Source of the DNA: an uncultured Actinomycetes bacterium
Lineage (GTDB): Bacteria; Actinomycetota; UBA4738; HRBIN12
Assembly (NCBI GenBank): GCA_963771385.1
Contig: CAVYTE010000012.1
Location: 145,877-209,876 of the forward strand
DNA: 64,000 bases
Direction: 5' to 3'
In this document: positions 19,646 through 28,818 of the stretch, piece after piece
Layout: every line of letters begins with the position of its first letter
How positions within the stretch are numbered: the stretch's first letter is position 1
The notes under the pieces: generated by a model
Databases searched by the model: none
What the model was told of the DNA's origin: nothing
Seen by the model: only the letters and a program-made list of their open reading frames with translations
Made by a program: the position numbers and the translations under genes

Positions 19646-21921
19646 ACCATCACGGCGGTGCTTCGGCGCCGTCCGGTCTTCTGCACGACGATCGACGCGG
19701 GGAACTGGTCCTTGATGCGCTCCGCGTGAGTGATCACGAACAACTGGTGGAACCGACCCGCCAACATCCCGAGCGCCCGGACCATCAGGTCCTTGCGCTC
19801 CTCGTCGAGCGAACCGAGCACCTCGTCGAGCACCATCAACCCGACGTCGGCACCGGAGACGCGCGACAGGTGCGTGGAGATGGCGACGCGGAGCGCGAGG
19901 TTCGCGAGGTCGATCTCCGAGCCCGAGAACCGATCGATCGGGAAGTACGCGTCACCGTCCGCGATCCGGATCTCGAGGCTCTCCTCGTCCACGCGCAGGT
20001 CGTCGTACGCGTGGTTCGTGAGCTCGCGGAACAACGCCTCGGCCTCCCGCGAGAGCTCGGGACCGACGCGCGCGACGAGATGATCGCGGAAGCCGTCCAG
20101 CAGCATCGCCACCCGTTCGACGTACCGGGCGTCGGAGCGGAGGTCATCGACGCGAGACGCGATCTCCTTGGCCTGTCCGAGCGCCCCGGCGAGCTCGCTC
20201 CGCTTGAGCTCCGCGCGTTGCAGCTCGACGCCCGCCGAGCGTTCGGCCTCGACGGCCTCCTCGACCGCCTGCTCGGCGCGTTGCAGGTCCTCGGTCGAGC
20301 GTGCGTGTTCGGCCGGGTCGAACGAGATCGCGCTCGCCTCGTCCGTCAGCTTCGCGAGCTCGTCCTCGAGCACCGCGATCCGAGCGTCCGCGGCGGACAG
20401 ATCCGTGCGGAGCTGCGCAGCGAAGCCCCGGTGCGCACCCAGCTCCGCGATCCGCTCCCCGAGGACCCGGGCCCGCTCGGCTCCTGCGCGGAGCTCGTTG
20501 ACGTCGGGCGGGACCCCCTCGAACGGCTGGGCGAGGGGCGCGAGCTCGGCGCGCATCGCGTCGAGCTGTTCCGTCAGCCGTGTGCGCTGCTCGCCGGCGC
20601 GCCGAGCGTCTTCGGCTGCCGAGATCGCCGCGTCGAGCGCCTTCACGACCTTCGCCAGCGCGGTCTGCGCACGTTCGGCGGAGGCCGACGCGTCGGCGGC
20701 CGTCCGTTTCGCGCTCGCGACCTCGGCCTTGCAATGCTTCACGTACGCGGCGAAGTCCTCGAGCGGCCGGCCGCACGTCGGACACGGTTGCGTCGGGTCG
20801 GCTTCGGCGGCCCGGTCCAGACGCGCCTGAGCCTCCTCGAGCGCCGAGACGCGTTGGTTGAGCTCGGCCTGCGCGCCCGCCGCCGCGGCCTGCGACTCCC
20901 CGTGCGCCGCCTGCGCCTGCCCGAGCGCGTCGAGGGCGGCCTCGGCTTCGACCTCGGGGAGCGAGATCAGCTGCAACTCCACCGCATGCGCCCGGTCGGT
21001 CGCCTCGACGAAACGCAGGCCGAGCCGCAGTCGCTCGTCCGCGTCGCCGAACCCGGCGAGCTCGGACTCGAGCTCCGGAAGTGCCTCGAGCTCGGCCGCG
21101 AGCCGCTCGAGCCGCTCCCCCAGCTCGTCGCGCTCGGTCAGCCGCTCGTCACGGCGCTCGACCTTCTCGGTCAGGAGCGCGCCGAGCCGCTCGATGCGTT
21201 CTCGCGCCCGGTCGATCCGCCGAAACGCCTCCGTGGCCGCCTTGGCCTGCTTCGTCGTCGCCTTCCGCGCCTCCTGCGCGTCCTTCGCGACGCGCTTCGC
21301 CTCGGCCGCCGCCTCCCCGGCGTCCTTCAGTTCCGCCTCGAGCGCGGCCAGATCCGGCACGGCCTCCTGGAGCTGGGCGGCGTTCTCCTTGGCCGCGCGG
21401 GCCTGCCGGCGGGCGGCGGTGCGCGCGTCGTCGACCGGCTTGATGCCGAGCAAGCGCAGCGCCATCTCGACGCGTTCGCCGCGCCGCAGGTCCGAGAACG
21501 CGTCGAGCTGCTTCTGCTCCGCGTACACGGAAGCTCGGAACACGCGCAGGTCCATGTGGAGGATCCTGGCGATCTCCTCGTTCACCTCGGTCGTCCCCGA
21601 CGCGAACGGGCGGGTCCCGACGAAGAGCTCGGCCTCCGGCGCATGGCCCCTCCCCTTGATGGCACGCCGGACCTCGAACTGCTGTCCGGCGTGCTCGAAC
21701 ACGAGACGCACCAGGCAGTCGGACAGGACGCCGTGGGTGCGGATCTCCTGTCGCTTGGTCCGCGCGGCCTCGGCCCCGTAGCAGGCGAACGCGATCGACT
21801 CCACGAGCGTGGACTTCCCGCTGCCGTTCTCGCCGAAGATCCCGATCACCCGAGCCGGCAGCTCGAGGTCGAGCTCCTCGAACACCCGGTAGTTGCGCAA
21901 CGACAGCTCGAGGACCCTCAC
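19642..21921 (-). CDS. sbcC: SbcC/Rad50-family DNA double-strand-break repair ATPase with zinc hook
   Basis: GTG 21921 within ORF 19642..22710. Walker A GENGSGKSTL, long coiled coil with central PCPTCGRPL hook, signature RFSGSE, Walker B LMVLDEVLGSLD, and ITH near the C-terminus. The start overlaps the sbcD stop. Confidence 0.9.
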   Translation of the reverse strand: MRVLELSLRNYRVFEELDLELPARVIGIFGENGSGKSTLVESIAFACYGAEAARTKRQEIRTHGVLSDCLVRLVFEHAGQQFEVRRAIKGRGHAPEAELFVGTRPFASGTTEVNEEIARILHMDLRVFRASVYAEQKQLDAFSDLRRGERVEMALRLLGIKPVDDARTAARRQARAAKENAAQLQEAVPDLAALEAELKDAGEAAAEAKRVAKDAQEARKATTKQAKAATEAFRRIDRARERIERLGALLTEKVERRDERLTERDELGERLERLAAELEALPELESELAGFGDADERLRLGLRFVEATDRAHAVELQLISLPEVEAEAALDALGQAQAAHGESQAAAAGAQAELNQRVSALEEAQARLDRAAEADPTQPCPTCGRPLEDFAAYVKHCKAEVASAKRTAADASASAERAQTALAKVVKALDAAISAAEDARRAGEQRTRLTEQLDAMRAELAPLAQPFEGVPPDVNELRAGAERARVLGERIAELGAHRGFAAQLRTDLSAADARIAVLEDELAKLTDEASAISFDPAEHARSTEDLQRAEQAVEEAVEAERSAGVELQRAELKRSELAGALGQAKEIASRVDDLRSDARYVERVAMLLDGFRDHLVARVGPELSREAEALFRELTNHAYDDLRVDEESLEIRIADGDAYFPIDRFSGSEIDLANLALRVAISTHLSRVSGADVGLMVLDEVLGSLDEERKDLMVRALGMLAGRFHQLFVITHAERIKDQFPASIVVQKTGRRRSTAVMV

Positions 21922-23050
21922 ACGGTCTCCCCGCGCGCGTCGGACAGGAACCCGGCGCCGATCGACACGACCCGCTCGCGTTCGAGCCCCGCCAGATCCT
22001 GCAGCTCGACGTACGACGTCCACTCCCGCTCGAGCGAACCGATCGTGGGACCGCCCTGAATCGCGAGCGCCTCGGCGCCGAAGTCCGGCTCGACCTGGAC
22101 CCAGATCGCGCTCGGGACGGCCTCGTGGAACTGCTCGCCCGCGATCTGTCGGAACGACGCCGGGTCCACCTCGTTCAGGTAGACCCGCACGATCGCGCGC
22201 TCGGGGATCCCGCGCGCCGCGCGCTCGACCGCGTCGACGAGCTCGCCGGCCGACAGCCCGGCGGCCGCGACGCTCACGGTGGCGAGCGGACGCTCGTGCG
22301 GGTTCTCCACGTGCTCGACCGTCCCCGCGTCGGTGTCGATCACGACGAGCCCCTTCGCGGCCTCGGGCGTGTCCGCGTACGAGAACGTGTCGGTCGAGCC
22401 CGCGTACCACGTGCGCTTCGAGACCTTCTGGTGCGCGTGGTAGTGGCCGAGCACGACGAGGTCGAACCCGCGTGTGGAACGCCGCCTCCTCGACCTCGAG
22501 CTCGTTGATGTCGGGATAGATCGCGAGCCGGCAGCGAGGTGAGCGCGACGTGCGCGAGCAGCAGGTTCGTGCGGTCGGGCCGGACCGCGGCGGCCGCGGC
22601 CGCGAGCTGCTCGCGAAGCTCCTCGACCGACAGCGTCTGCGGAACGGCGTGAACCGCGACCCCGGCCAGTTCGGTGGCCATCGCCTCCATGCGCCAGGCG
22701 AACGCGACACCGGGGAACACCCGCTCCAGCGCGTCGTACGGCGAGCCGGTTCCGCGGACGCGGGGCGTGTCGTGGTTGCCGCTGATCGCGGCGCCTCGCA
22801 GGCCGGCGTCGGTGAGACGTTGGAGCCCGCCGAGCACGTGCGCGAAGGTCCGATAGGTCGGCCTCGCGTGATCGAAGATGTCTCCGAGCCACAGGAAGCC
22901 GTCGGGTTCCTGCCGGATCGTCTCGTCCACCGCCCAGGCGAACGAGCGGAGGAAGTCCTCCTCGCGGAGGTTCCGGCCCTCGTCGTCCCGCAGGTGCGCG
23001 AGGTGCGTACGCCCGAGGTGGGCGTCCCCGAGCGCGACGAGCCTGCTCAT
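21918..23050 (-). pseudogene. sbcD: SbcD/Mre11-family nuclease, two frameshifts as sequenced
   Basis: Phosphoesterase motifs GDAHLG, WLGDIFDH and SGNHD (ORF 22340..23050), then IYPDINELEVEEAAF (third frame), then DLVVLGHYHAH (ORF 21918..22892). Breaks near 22525 and 22470. Confidence 0.85.
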
Positions 23051-23072
23051 CGGCGCGTGCGCGTGCCTCGCG

Positions 23073-24643
23073 TCACTCCGCGAACCCCTGCGCTCCGCCC
23101 GAGGGCCGCGGCGGCAACGGCGAGGGACCCTGTACCGACTTCAGGTACTCCTCGTAGAGGTAGACCATCGCCGGCAGGGCGAACGGCGAATCCAGGTTCG
23201 TCACGATCGCCTCGCCCGGCATGAGGGTCTGGATCTCGGGACCGAGGTCCGTGATGTCCTGCTTCGAGCTCCCGCGCAGGATCGTGCGGTCCTTCTCGTC
23301 GGCGAGCCCGAGGATGAAGAACGTGTTGAACTGCGACAGCAGCTCGTCGTCGATCAGCTTCGGCTGCTGGCTGACCGCGCACAGGCCCGACCTTGAACTT
23401 CCGCCCCTCCCGCGCCACCCGGGGGAAGACGTTCTCGTCCGAGCGCGTCGCGCGCGAGAGCACGCGCTGGGCCTCCTCCAGCGCGATCGAGCGTCGGTGG
23501 CAGGGCGGCGAACCGCTCGCGGTCGTCCAGGAAGACCGAGCCGTACGCGTCGAGCACGCGCCGGGTGATGACCGATGCGACGAGGATCTCCTCCATGGAC
23601 GACAGACCGCTCGTGTCGACGAGCACCGAGTAGCCGTCCATCAGCTCGTCGACGATGCGCTCGGACAGCGACGGCTGGGACGGATCGCGCGAGATGCACG
23701 GCATGTCCAAGATCCGCTGGGCGCGACGCTGGATCACCTGGAGGGTGCTCGTCGCGACGCCCGAGCTGCTCGGCGAGGTCGCTCACGTCCTGTTCCTCGC
23801 CCACGCGAACGATCCACTCCTCGTGGAAGAAGCGGATCAACCGGTAGATCGCGTCCTCCTGCGGGTGGCTCCAGTCGTATGCCGTCTGCAGGTCGCCCAG
23901 CGTGAGCTCGCCGAGCGAGAGGCGGAGCGCGGTGGCCCCGGCGCCGGCCGCTCGCGTCGCGTAGACGCGCAGGCGGTCGGCGGCCCATGGGTGTTCGCGC
24001 AGGCCGCGGCGGATCCCGCTCCCACCTTCGAGGTACTCGCCGTGCGGGTCGAACAACAGGCACGCGTACCGGCCCTGCGAGGACAGGATCTGGCCCGCGA
24101 GCACCTTCATGAGGTTCGACTTGCCCATCCCGGTCGTGGCGAAGACCCCGACGTGCGACGTGAGCGTCTCGCCCTTGATGCCGACCTCGAGGTCGATCGT
24201 GTCTTCGCCCGACCGGAGCAGCCCGACCCGCAGGTCGCCCATCCGCTCGTGGAGGAAGGCGAAGTCCTGCGGCGTCGGCGCCGTGACCCGGGCGAACTGC
24301 GCGGGCAGCGACTTCGGCTTGCGGAACTCCCCCGCCGGGTCGATGTAGCCCAGCGGCTGGCACGTCGCCACCTTGTAGAGGCGCTGCTCCGGGTCGTGCA
24401 GCGTGTACGGGGAACCGGCGGCGTCGCCGGCCATGTACGCGCCGGCCGTGCGCTCGGGCCATCCCGGGATCGGAGGACTCCGAGCCGTACGCCACCTGGA
24501 TCACGCGGAACAGGAACCGGCGCGCGCGTTCGGCGTCCTCGGCCGACCAGCAGCTCACCGAGGAACAGGTCCGTCCCGTAGAAGGAGCGGAAGGTCGCCT
24601 CCAGGACGCTGCGGCCGAAGATCCGGCCCTTGTACGCGCTCAC
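23073..24643 (-). pseudogene. herA: HerA-type hexameric DNA helicase/translocase ATPase, about five frameshifts as sequenced
   Basis: Walker A HVGVFATTGMGKSNLM; LLFDPHGEY; C-terminal VSQQPKLIDDELLSQFNTFFILGL and PGEAIV. The pieces lie in ORFs 24107..24880, 23734..24558, 23073..24434, 23354..23737 and 23047..23463. The GTG start overlaps the nurA stop (GTGA). Confidence 0.8.
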
Positions 24644-25743
24644 CGGTTCAGGACCTCGTGGAAGTCCTGGAACAGCACCTCGATGTCGTCTTCCGACATG
24701 CCCCGCCGTGAGAGCGCCTCGCGGAAGGAGCGGCGAACGTCCACCACGTCGTAGCCGGTGACCCTCGCCGCCTGGTGGGCCCGCGCGAGGGGGTAGGGGT
24801 AGCCGACGAACGCGGGATCGTCGGCGAGCCCGGCGAGCCGACCGAGCACCTCTCCGCGGGGGCGGGCCCGTGCGCGACATCGACGCGGAACGCGAACGGA
24901 GCGGTCGGTGCCAGGTGCGCGACGAAGATGTCCCCGACGTACAGCCGCGCGAACACCGGATCGGTCGAGATCCGGGCGCTCCATGCCGACGCTCCCCGTT
25001 CGCGGTCGCCGCGACGTTTCAGCAACGTGACGAGCGGAGCGTTGCGACCCCAGTAGAGCGTGGAGGCCTTCACGACACCGGCGAGCGACACGCCGCGTTC
25101 GACGGCCTCCGCGTGGACGCGCCGGACCACGACGGCGGGAACGAGCGGCCCGCCGTGCAGCGAACCGTCCACCAGGACCAGATCGCCAGAGGCCGCTTCG
25201 CGGACCGTCCGAGCGACCTCGGCCCACTCGCCCCACTCACGGAGCGCGTCGACGGGCCGCGGCATCTCGGGCAACCGCTCGGGCTCCGCTGCCGCACAGC
25301 TCGCGCAGGACGGAGCGAGCGAGCTCGGCCATCTCCTCGGGGGGAAGCGCGCGGACCGAGAGCGGCGGCGTCTCCACCCGTTCGGTCACGCCGGCCTCGA
25401 ACCGCACGCGCGCGGCCCGGTACGCCGCCACCTGGAACGAACGACCGTCGGCGACCACGCACGACCCGCCGTCGACCGCCCAGACGCGGCCGGGATCGGC
25501 GGGCTCCACCGGGACCAGCTCGAACGCGTCGGGGTGGCCCTGGACCACGAGCGCCTCGTCGAGGGAGGCCTGGCCCTCCATCACCCGGATGTCCGAGCCG
25601 GGGCGCTCGAGCAGGTTCACGACGAAGGACGCGGCCTCGTCGAGCTGCCCGCGCTCGACGATGTCGAGGTTGAGCACGCCTGGGTCCGCGCTTCCGAGCA
25701 CGGCCGAAGCGTAGCGGAGGCTTCGGACAGGGCCCGGAAGCAC
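24640..25743 (-). pseudogene. nurA: NurA-family 5'-3' nuclease, two frameshifts as sequenced
   Basis: VWAVDGGSCVV, DLVLVDGSLHG, SLAGVVKAS and GYPYPLARAHQAARV spread over ORFs 25237..25743, 24648..25274 and 24640..25236. Breaks near 25290 and 24865. The GTG start follows GAGGAGGAAGG. Confidence 0.75.
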
Positions 25744-25792
25744 GCCGCCTTCCTCCTCGGGGTGGGCGACACGGCCCCTCCGTGTGGCCGAG

Positions 25793-25808
25793 TAGTCATT
25801 CGTGACTA
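25793..25808. promoter_or_regulatory. AT-rich inverted repeat TAGTCA-TTCG-TGACTA in the divergent nurA / 25900 intergenic region (candidate operator overlapping a -10-like ACTAAT)
   Basis: Perfect 6+6 bp inverted repeat read directly from the sequence. It is the only AT-rich patch in the 156-bp divergent spacer. Confidence 0.35.
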
Positions 25809-25899
25809 ATCACCCCTTCGGGGGACTCCACGTAGGCCGCTGACCTGCCGATACGACCCCTGACGCGCCAAGCCCGCGGTGTCGTGAGAGAGGAACGAG

Positions 25900-27132
25900 A
25901 TGGTGGGCTCCCTAGCCAGACGGCATCGCCGACCCCTCTGGGGGGCCCTGGCCTTCCTGCTGGTCGTCGCGATCGCCGTCTCCATGTACAGCGCGTCGAC
26001 GGCGAAGGACGCCGCGATCGCCGAGGCGGAGATCGACGCGAAGCTCACCGCACAGACGGAGCTCGCGACGTTGCTCGAGCCCCGCGACCTGGAAACACCG
26101 ATCTTCAACGAACGCGCCGACGAGCTCACCGCCCTCATCGACACGCAGATCACCTCCGTCAGTCGGATCGACGAGGTCCGGATCTTCTCCGCGATCGGAC
26201 GGATCCTCTACGCGGACGACCCGACGATCGTCGGGACGCGACCGTCCTACCTTCGTGAGCTGACCTTCGAGGTCGCGAACGGCGAGGCGCAGACGCATGC
26301 GCGCGGCTCCCTGCTCCAGACGTTCGTCCCGATCTGGATCTCCCCCGACGGCACGGTGGCCGTCGCGGAGATGTCGCAGGCGCTCGCACCGATCACCTCG
26401 GCGGCGGCGGCGGGATGGAACACGATCGCGCTGATCTGCGCGGTGCTCCTGCTCGGAGCCATCGTGATGATCGTCGTGACGAGCCTCGCGCAGCCAACGC
26501 AGCCTTCCAACCTGCCGGTCCACGTGTACGCGCCCGTGTCCGTCCCGTCCGGGGCGGAGGGGACCCAGGCGCCGGCGGTCGTGGCGGTGGACGCTCCGCT
26601 GAACCAGCAGCCCGGGTTCCGCGAGATCGACGAGCTGCGACGGACGGCCGAGAGCCGCGCCCGGGCCAGCGAGCAGGACCTCCGGGGCGTGCGCACGCAG
26701 CTGAAGGATGCGCTCGCCCAGGTCGCGCTGCTCGAGGAGGAGCTCACGATCCAGGGCACCGGCCAACAGGATTGCGAGGCACTGCGCGACCAGTTCCGCG
26801 AGTCGAGCGAGCGGCTGAACCTGATCGAGATGGAGAACACGGCGCTGCGCGAGCGGCTGCACCTGCGTGAGCAGGAGCTCGAGGAGGTGCGGGCGCGCCT
26901 GCGATCCTCGCAGACCGCGCCGGCGGGGATGAGCGAGCTGCGACAGCGCCTCGAAGGCGCGGAGGAACGCGCCTCACAGATGGCGAGCGAGATGAAACGG
27001 ATCGAGACGGAGCTCGACGACACGACGACCCGCCTCCACATGTCGAGCCTGACGGAAGCGCTCCGGGAAGCCGGACACGTCGACCCCGAGATGGAGGACC
27101 AGGACTCGCCGCCGATCGTGGTGGATCGGTAG
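25900..27132 (+). CDS. Membrane protein: TM, sensor-like ectodomain, TM, then ~200-aa coiled coil; paralogue of the N-terminal part of the giant protein
   Basis: ATG after GAGAGAGGAA. TM segments LWGALAFLLVVAIAVSMY and WNTIALICAVLLLGAIVMIVV. The ectodomain aligns by eye with the giant protein (VRIFSAIGRILYADD / VTVLNSEAVVVFAQD; FVPIWISPDGTVAVAEM / FVPVTVDGPSDIAVVDV). Confidence 0.7.
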   Translation: MVGSLARRHRRPLWGALAFLLVVAIAVSMYSASTAKDAAIAEAEIDAKLTAQTELATLLEPRDLETPIFNERADELTALIDTQITSVSRIDEVRIFSAIGRILYADDPTIVGTRPSYLRELTFEVANGEAQTHARGSLLQTFVPIWISPDGTVAVAEMSQALAPITSAAAAGWNTIALICAVLLLGAIVMIVVTSLAQPTQPSNLPVHVYAPVSVPSGAEGTQAPAVVAVDAPLNQQPGFREIDELRRTAESRARASEQDLRGVRTQLKDALAQVALLEEELTIQGTGQQDCEALRDQFRESSERLNLIEMENTALRERLHLREQELEEVRARLRSSQTAPAGMSELRQRLEGAEERASQMASEMKRIETELDDTTTRLHMSSLTEALREAGHVDPEMEDQDSPPIVVDR

Positions 27133-27172
27133 CGGTCGATGAACGAACCCGAGGAAGCGTGGTGAGCAGGCG

Positions 27173-28726
27173 ATGGCCGACACGATCGCGATGATGCAGG
27201 GCCGCGAAGCGAGCGAACCGGGCGACCGGGCGACCGAGGACGGCGGCCTCATCAGCCGCGTCTCGGCCGCCGGGTACCAGGTCGCGCAGGCGGTCGACGG
27301 ACTCGAGCAGGCGGTTGGACTGCTCCGCGCCGCCGAGGAGCTGGCTCGAGACGCGGACGCACGCCGCGGCGTCGCAGAGCAGCGGCTCGCGGGCGCGCAG
27401 ACCGAGGTCGCCGAGCTCACCGACATGCTCACGATCGCCCGCGCCGCGCAGACCGACACGGACGAACGCGCACGCGCGGCAGAGCAGCGGCTCGCGACCT
27501 TGCAGGGCGAGATCGAACAGCTGACGGACATGGTCCGGGTCGCCCGCGCCGCCCAGGCAGACGCGGACGAACGCGCACGCGCCGCGGACCAGCGGTTCGC
27601 CGGCGTCCGCGGGGAGATCGAGGAGCTCACCGGGTTGGTCGCCGCGGCACGCGCCGCCCAGGCCGACGCGGACGAACGCGCACGCGCGGCCGACCAGCGG
27701 TTCGCCGGCGTCCGCGGGGAGATCGAGGAGCTCACCGGGTTGGTCACCGCGGCACGCGCCGCGCAGGCCGAGTCCGACGAGCGCGCCCGGCTGGCCGACG
27801 AGCAGGCGCGGCTCTCCGACGAGCGCGCCCGGCTGGCCGAGGACCGCTTCGAGCGGGTGTCCGACCGAACCACGGCGATGGAGCTCGCCCTCGGCGATCT
27901 CGAGGACCGCTGGCGCTCCGCCGAGACGACCCCGCAGGTCACGCTGGTGGGCGAACGTGACGAGCTGCAGGAGGCGGTCGCGGCGGAGATCCGCCGGCCG
28001 CTGACCTCGATCCTCGGGCTCACGCTCGCCCTGAAGCAGGCGGACGTGAAGGCGAACGACGGCAAGCACATGGTGCGCCAGCTGGGGACGAACGCGAAGC
28101 GCCTGGAGCGGCTCGTCGAGCAGATGCTCGACCTCGACAAGATCGCGAACGGCACGTACGAGCCCAAGCGACGCCGCTCCGACCTGGCGGCGCTCGTCGG
28201 TCGCGTCGCCGAGGAGACGCCCGACATCGCGAACCGCGACCTGAAGATCGCCGGCGAGCACGTGGCGATCGAGGTCGACCCCGGCCTCACCGAGCAGATG
28301 GTCGAGACGCTGCTGTCCAACGCCGGTCGCCGGACCGCGCCGGGAGGGAAGATCTGGATCACGGTCGTCCCCGAAGCGGACGGGGCGGTCATCGCGGTCG
28401 ACGACGCCAGCGCCGATGCGCTGCCGGCGATGCCGAGCGACAGGGAAGCGGCCGGCGCTCGGTCGCAGCGGGCGCGGGCCTCCGGCCTCCCGCTCCTCTC
28501 CCGTCTGGCCGAGCTGCACGGCGGCCGGGCGTGGGTCGAGGAGCGCGAGGGGGGCGGTGCGTCGTTCCGGGTCTTCCTTCCCGGCGGGTCCTCGAGCGAG
28601 TCGGAGGTCACCGCGGTCGACCTGATCGAAGACGTCGACGAGCTGCCGTTCGAAGCCGATCGGGTCGAGGGGGCGCTCCGCGAGCTGTCGAGCTTCGACG
28701 ACCTGTCCGGCGGGGTCGCGATCTAG
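27173..28726 (+). CDS. Cytoplasmic coiled-coil protein with a histidine-less histidine-kinase-like C-terminal domain; paralogue of the C-terminal part of the giant protein
   Basis: 35-aa repeats are followed by AAEIRRPLTSILGLTLAL, an H-box with Ala at the His position. Then LLSNAGRRTAPGGKIWI, a degenerate G1 box (DDASAD), and SGLPLLSRLAELHGGRAWVEE..FRVFLP. Confidence 0.75.
   Translation: MADTIAMMQGREASEPGDRATEDGGLISRVSAAGYQVAQAVDGLEQAVGLLRAAEELARDADARRGVAEQRLAGAQTEVAELTDMLTIARAAQTDTDERARAAEQRLATLQGEIEQLTDMVRVARAAQADADERARAADQRFAGVRGEIEELTGLVAAARAAQADADERARAADQRFAGVRGEIEELTGLVTAARAAQAESDERARLADEQARLSDERARLAEDRFERVSDRTTAMELALGDLEDRWRSAETTPQVTLVGERDELQEAVAAEIRRPLTSILGLTLALKQADVKANDGKHMVRQLGTNAKRLERLVEQMLDLDKIANGTYEPKRRRSDLAALVGRVAEETPDIANRDLKIAGEHVAIEVDPGLTEQMVETLLSNAGRRTAPGGKIWITVVPEADGAVIAVDDASADALPAMPSDREAAGARSQRARASGLPLLSRLAELHGGRAWVEEREGGGASFRVFLPGGSSSESEVTAVDLIEDVDELPFEADRVEGALRELSSFDDLSGGVAI
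27350..27769 (+). repeat. Four in-frame tandem copies of a 105-bp (35-aa, five-heptad) unit
   Basis: Units start at 27350, 27455, 27560 and 27665 (D[AT]DERARAA[ED]QR[LF]A..EI[E]ELT..ARAAQA). The last two units differ at only a few bases. Confidence 0.8.
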
Positions 28727-28818
28727 GAGCGCGGACCCGGTTCGGAGCGCGATGCCCGTGGCGCTCCGAGCCTCTCCTCCGGGTTGCGTCGCGCCGTCGA
28801 CGTGGCGAAGATGAGCTC

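Noticed and set aside
19642-25743. HerA/NurA/SbcCD cluster as a phage-defence island (HerA-containing defence systems, Rad50-like Lamassu/Septu ATPases)
   Set aside because: HerA is paired with a NurA-type nuclease, not Sir2 or DUF4297. SbcC has a canonical zinc hook and an SbcD partner. No integrase, transposase, tRNA or flanking direct repeats were seen. DNA repair is the more parsimonious reading.
25900-28726. The two adjacent coiled-coil genes as one gene split by a sequencing frameshift
   Set aside because: The first ends in a non-coiled acidic tail, a 40-nt spacer follows, and the second has its own purine-rich pre-start region and a non-repetitive N-terminus. No conserved sequence bridges the gap in any frame. 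This still deserves a read check.
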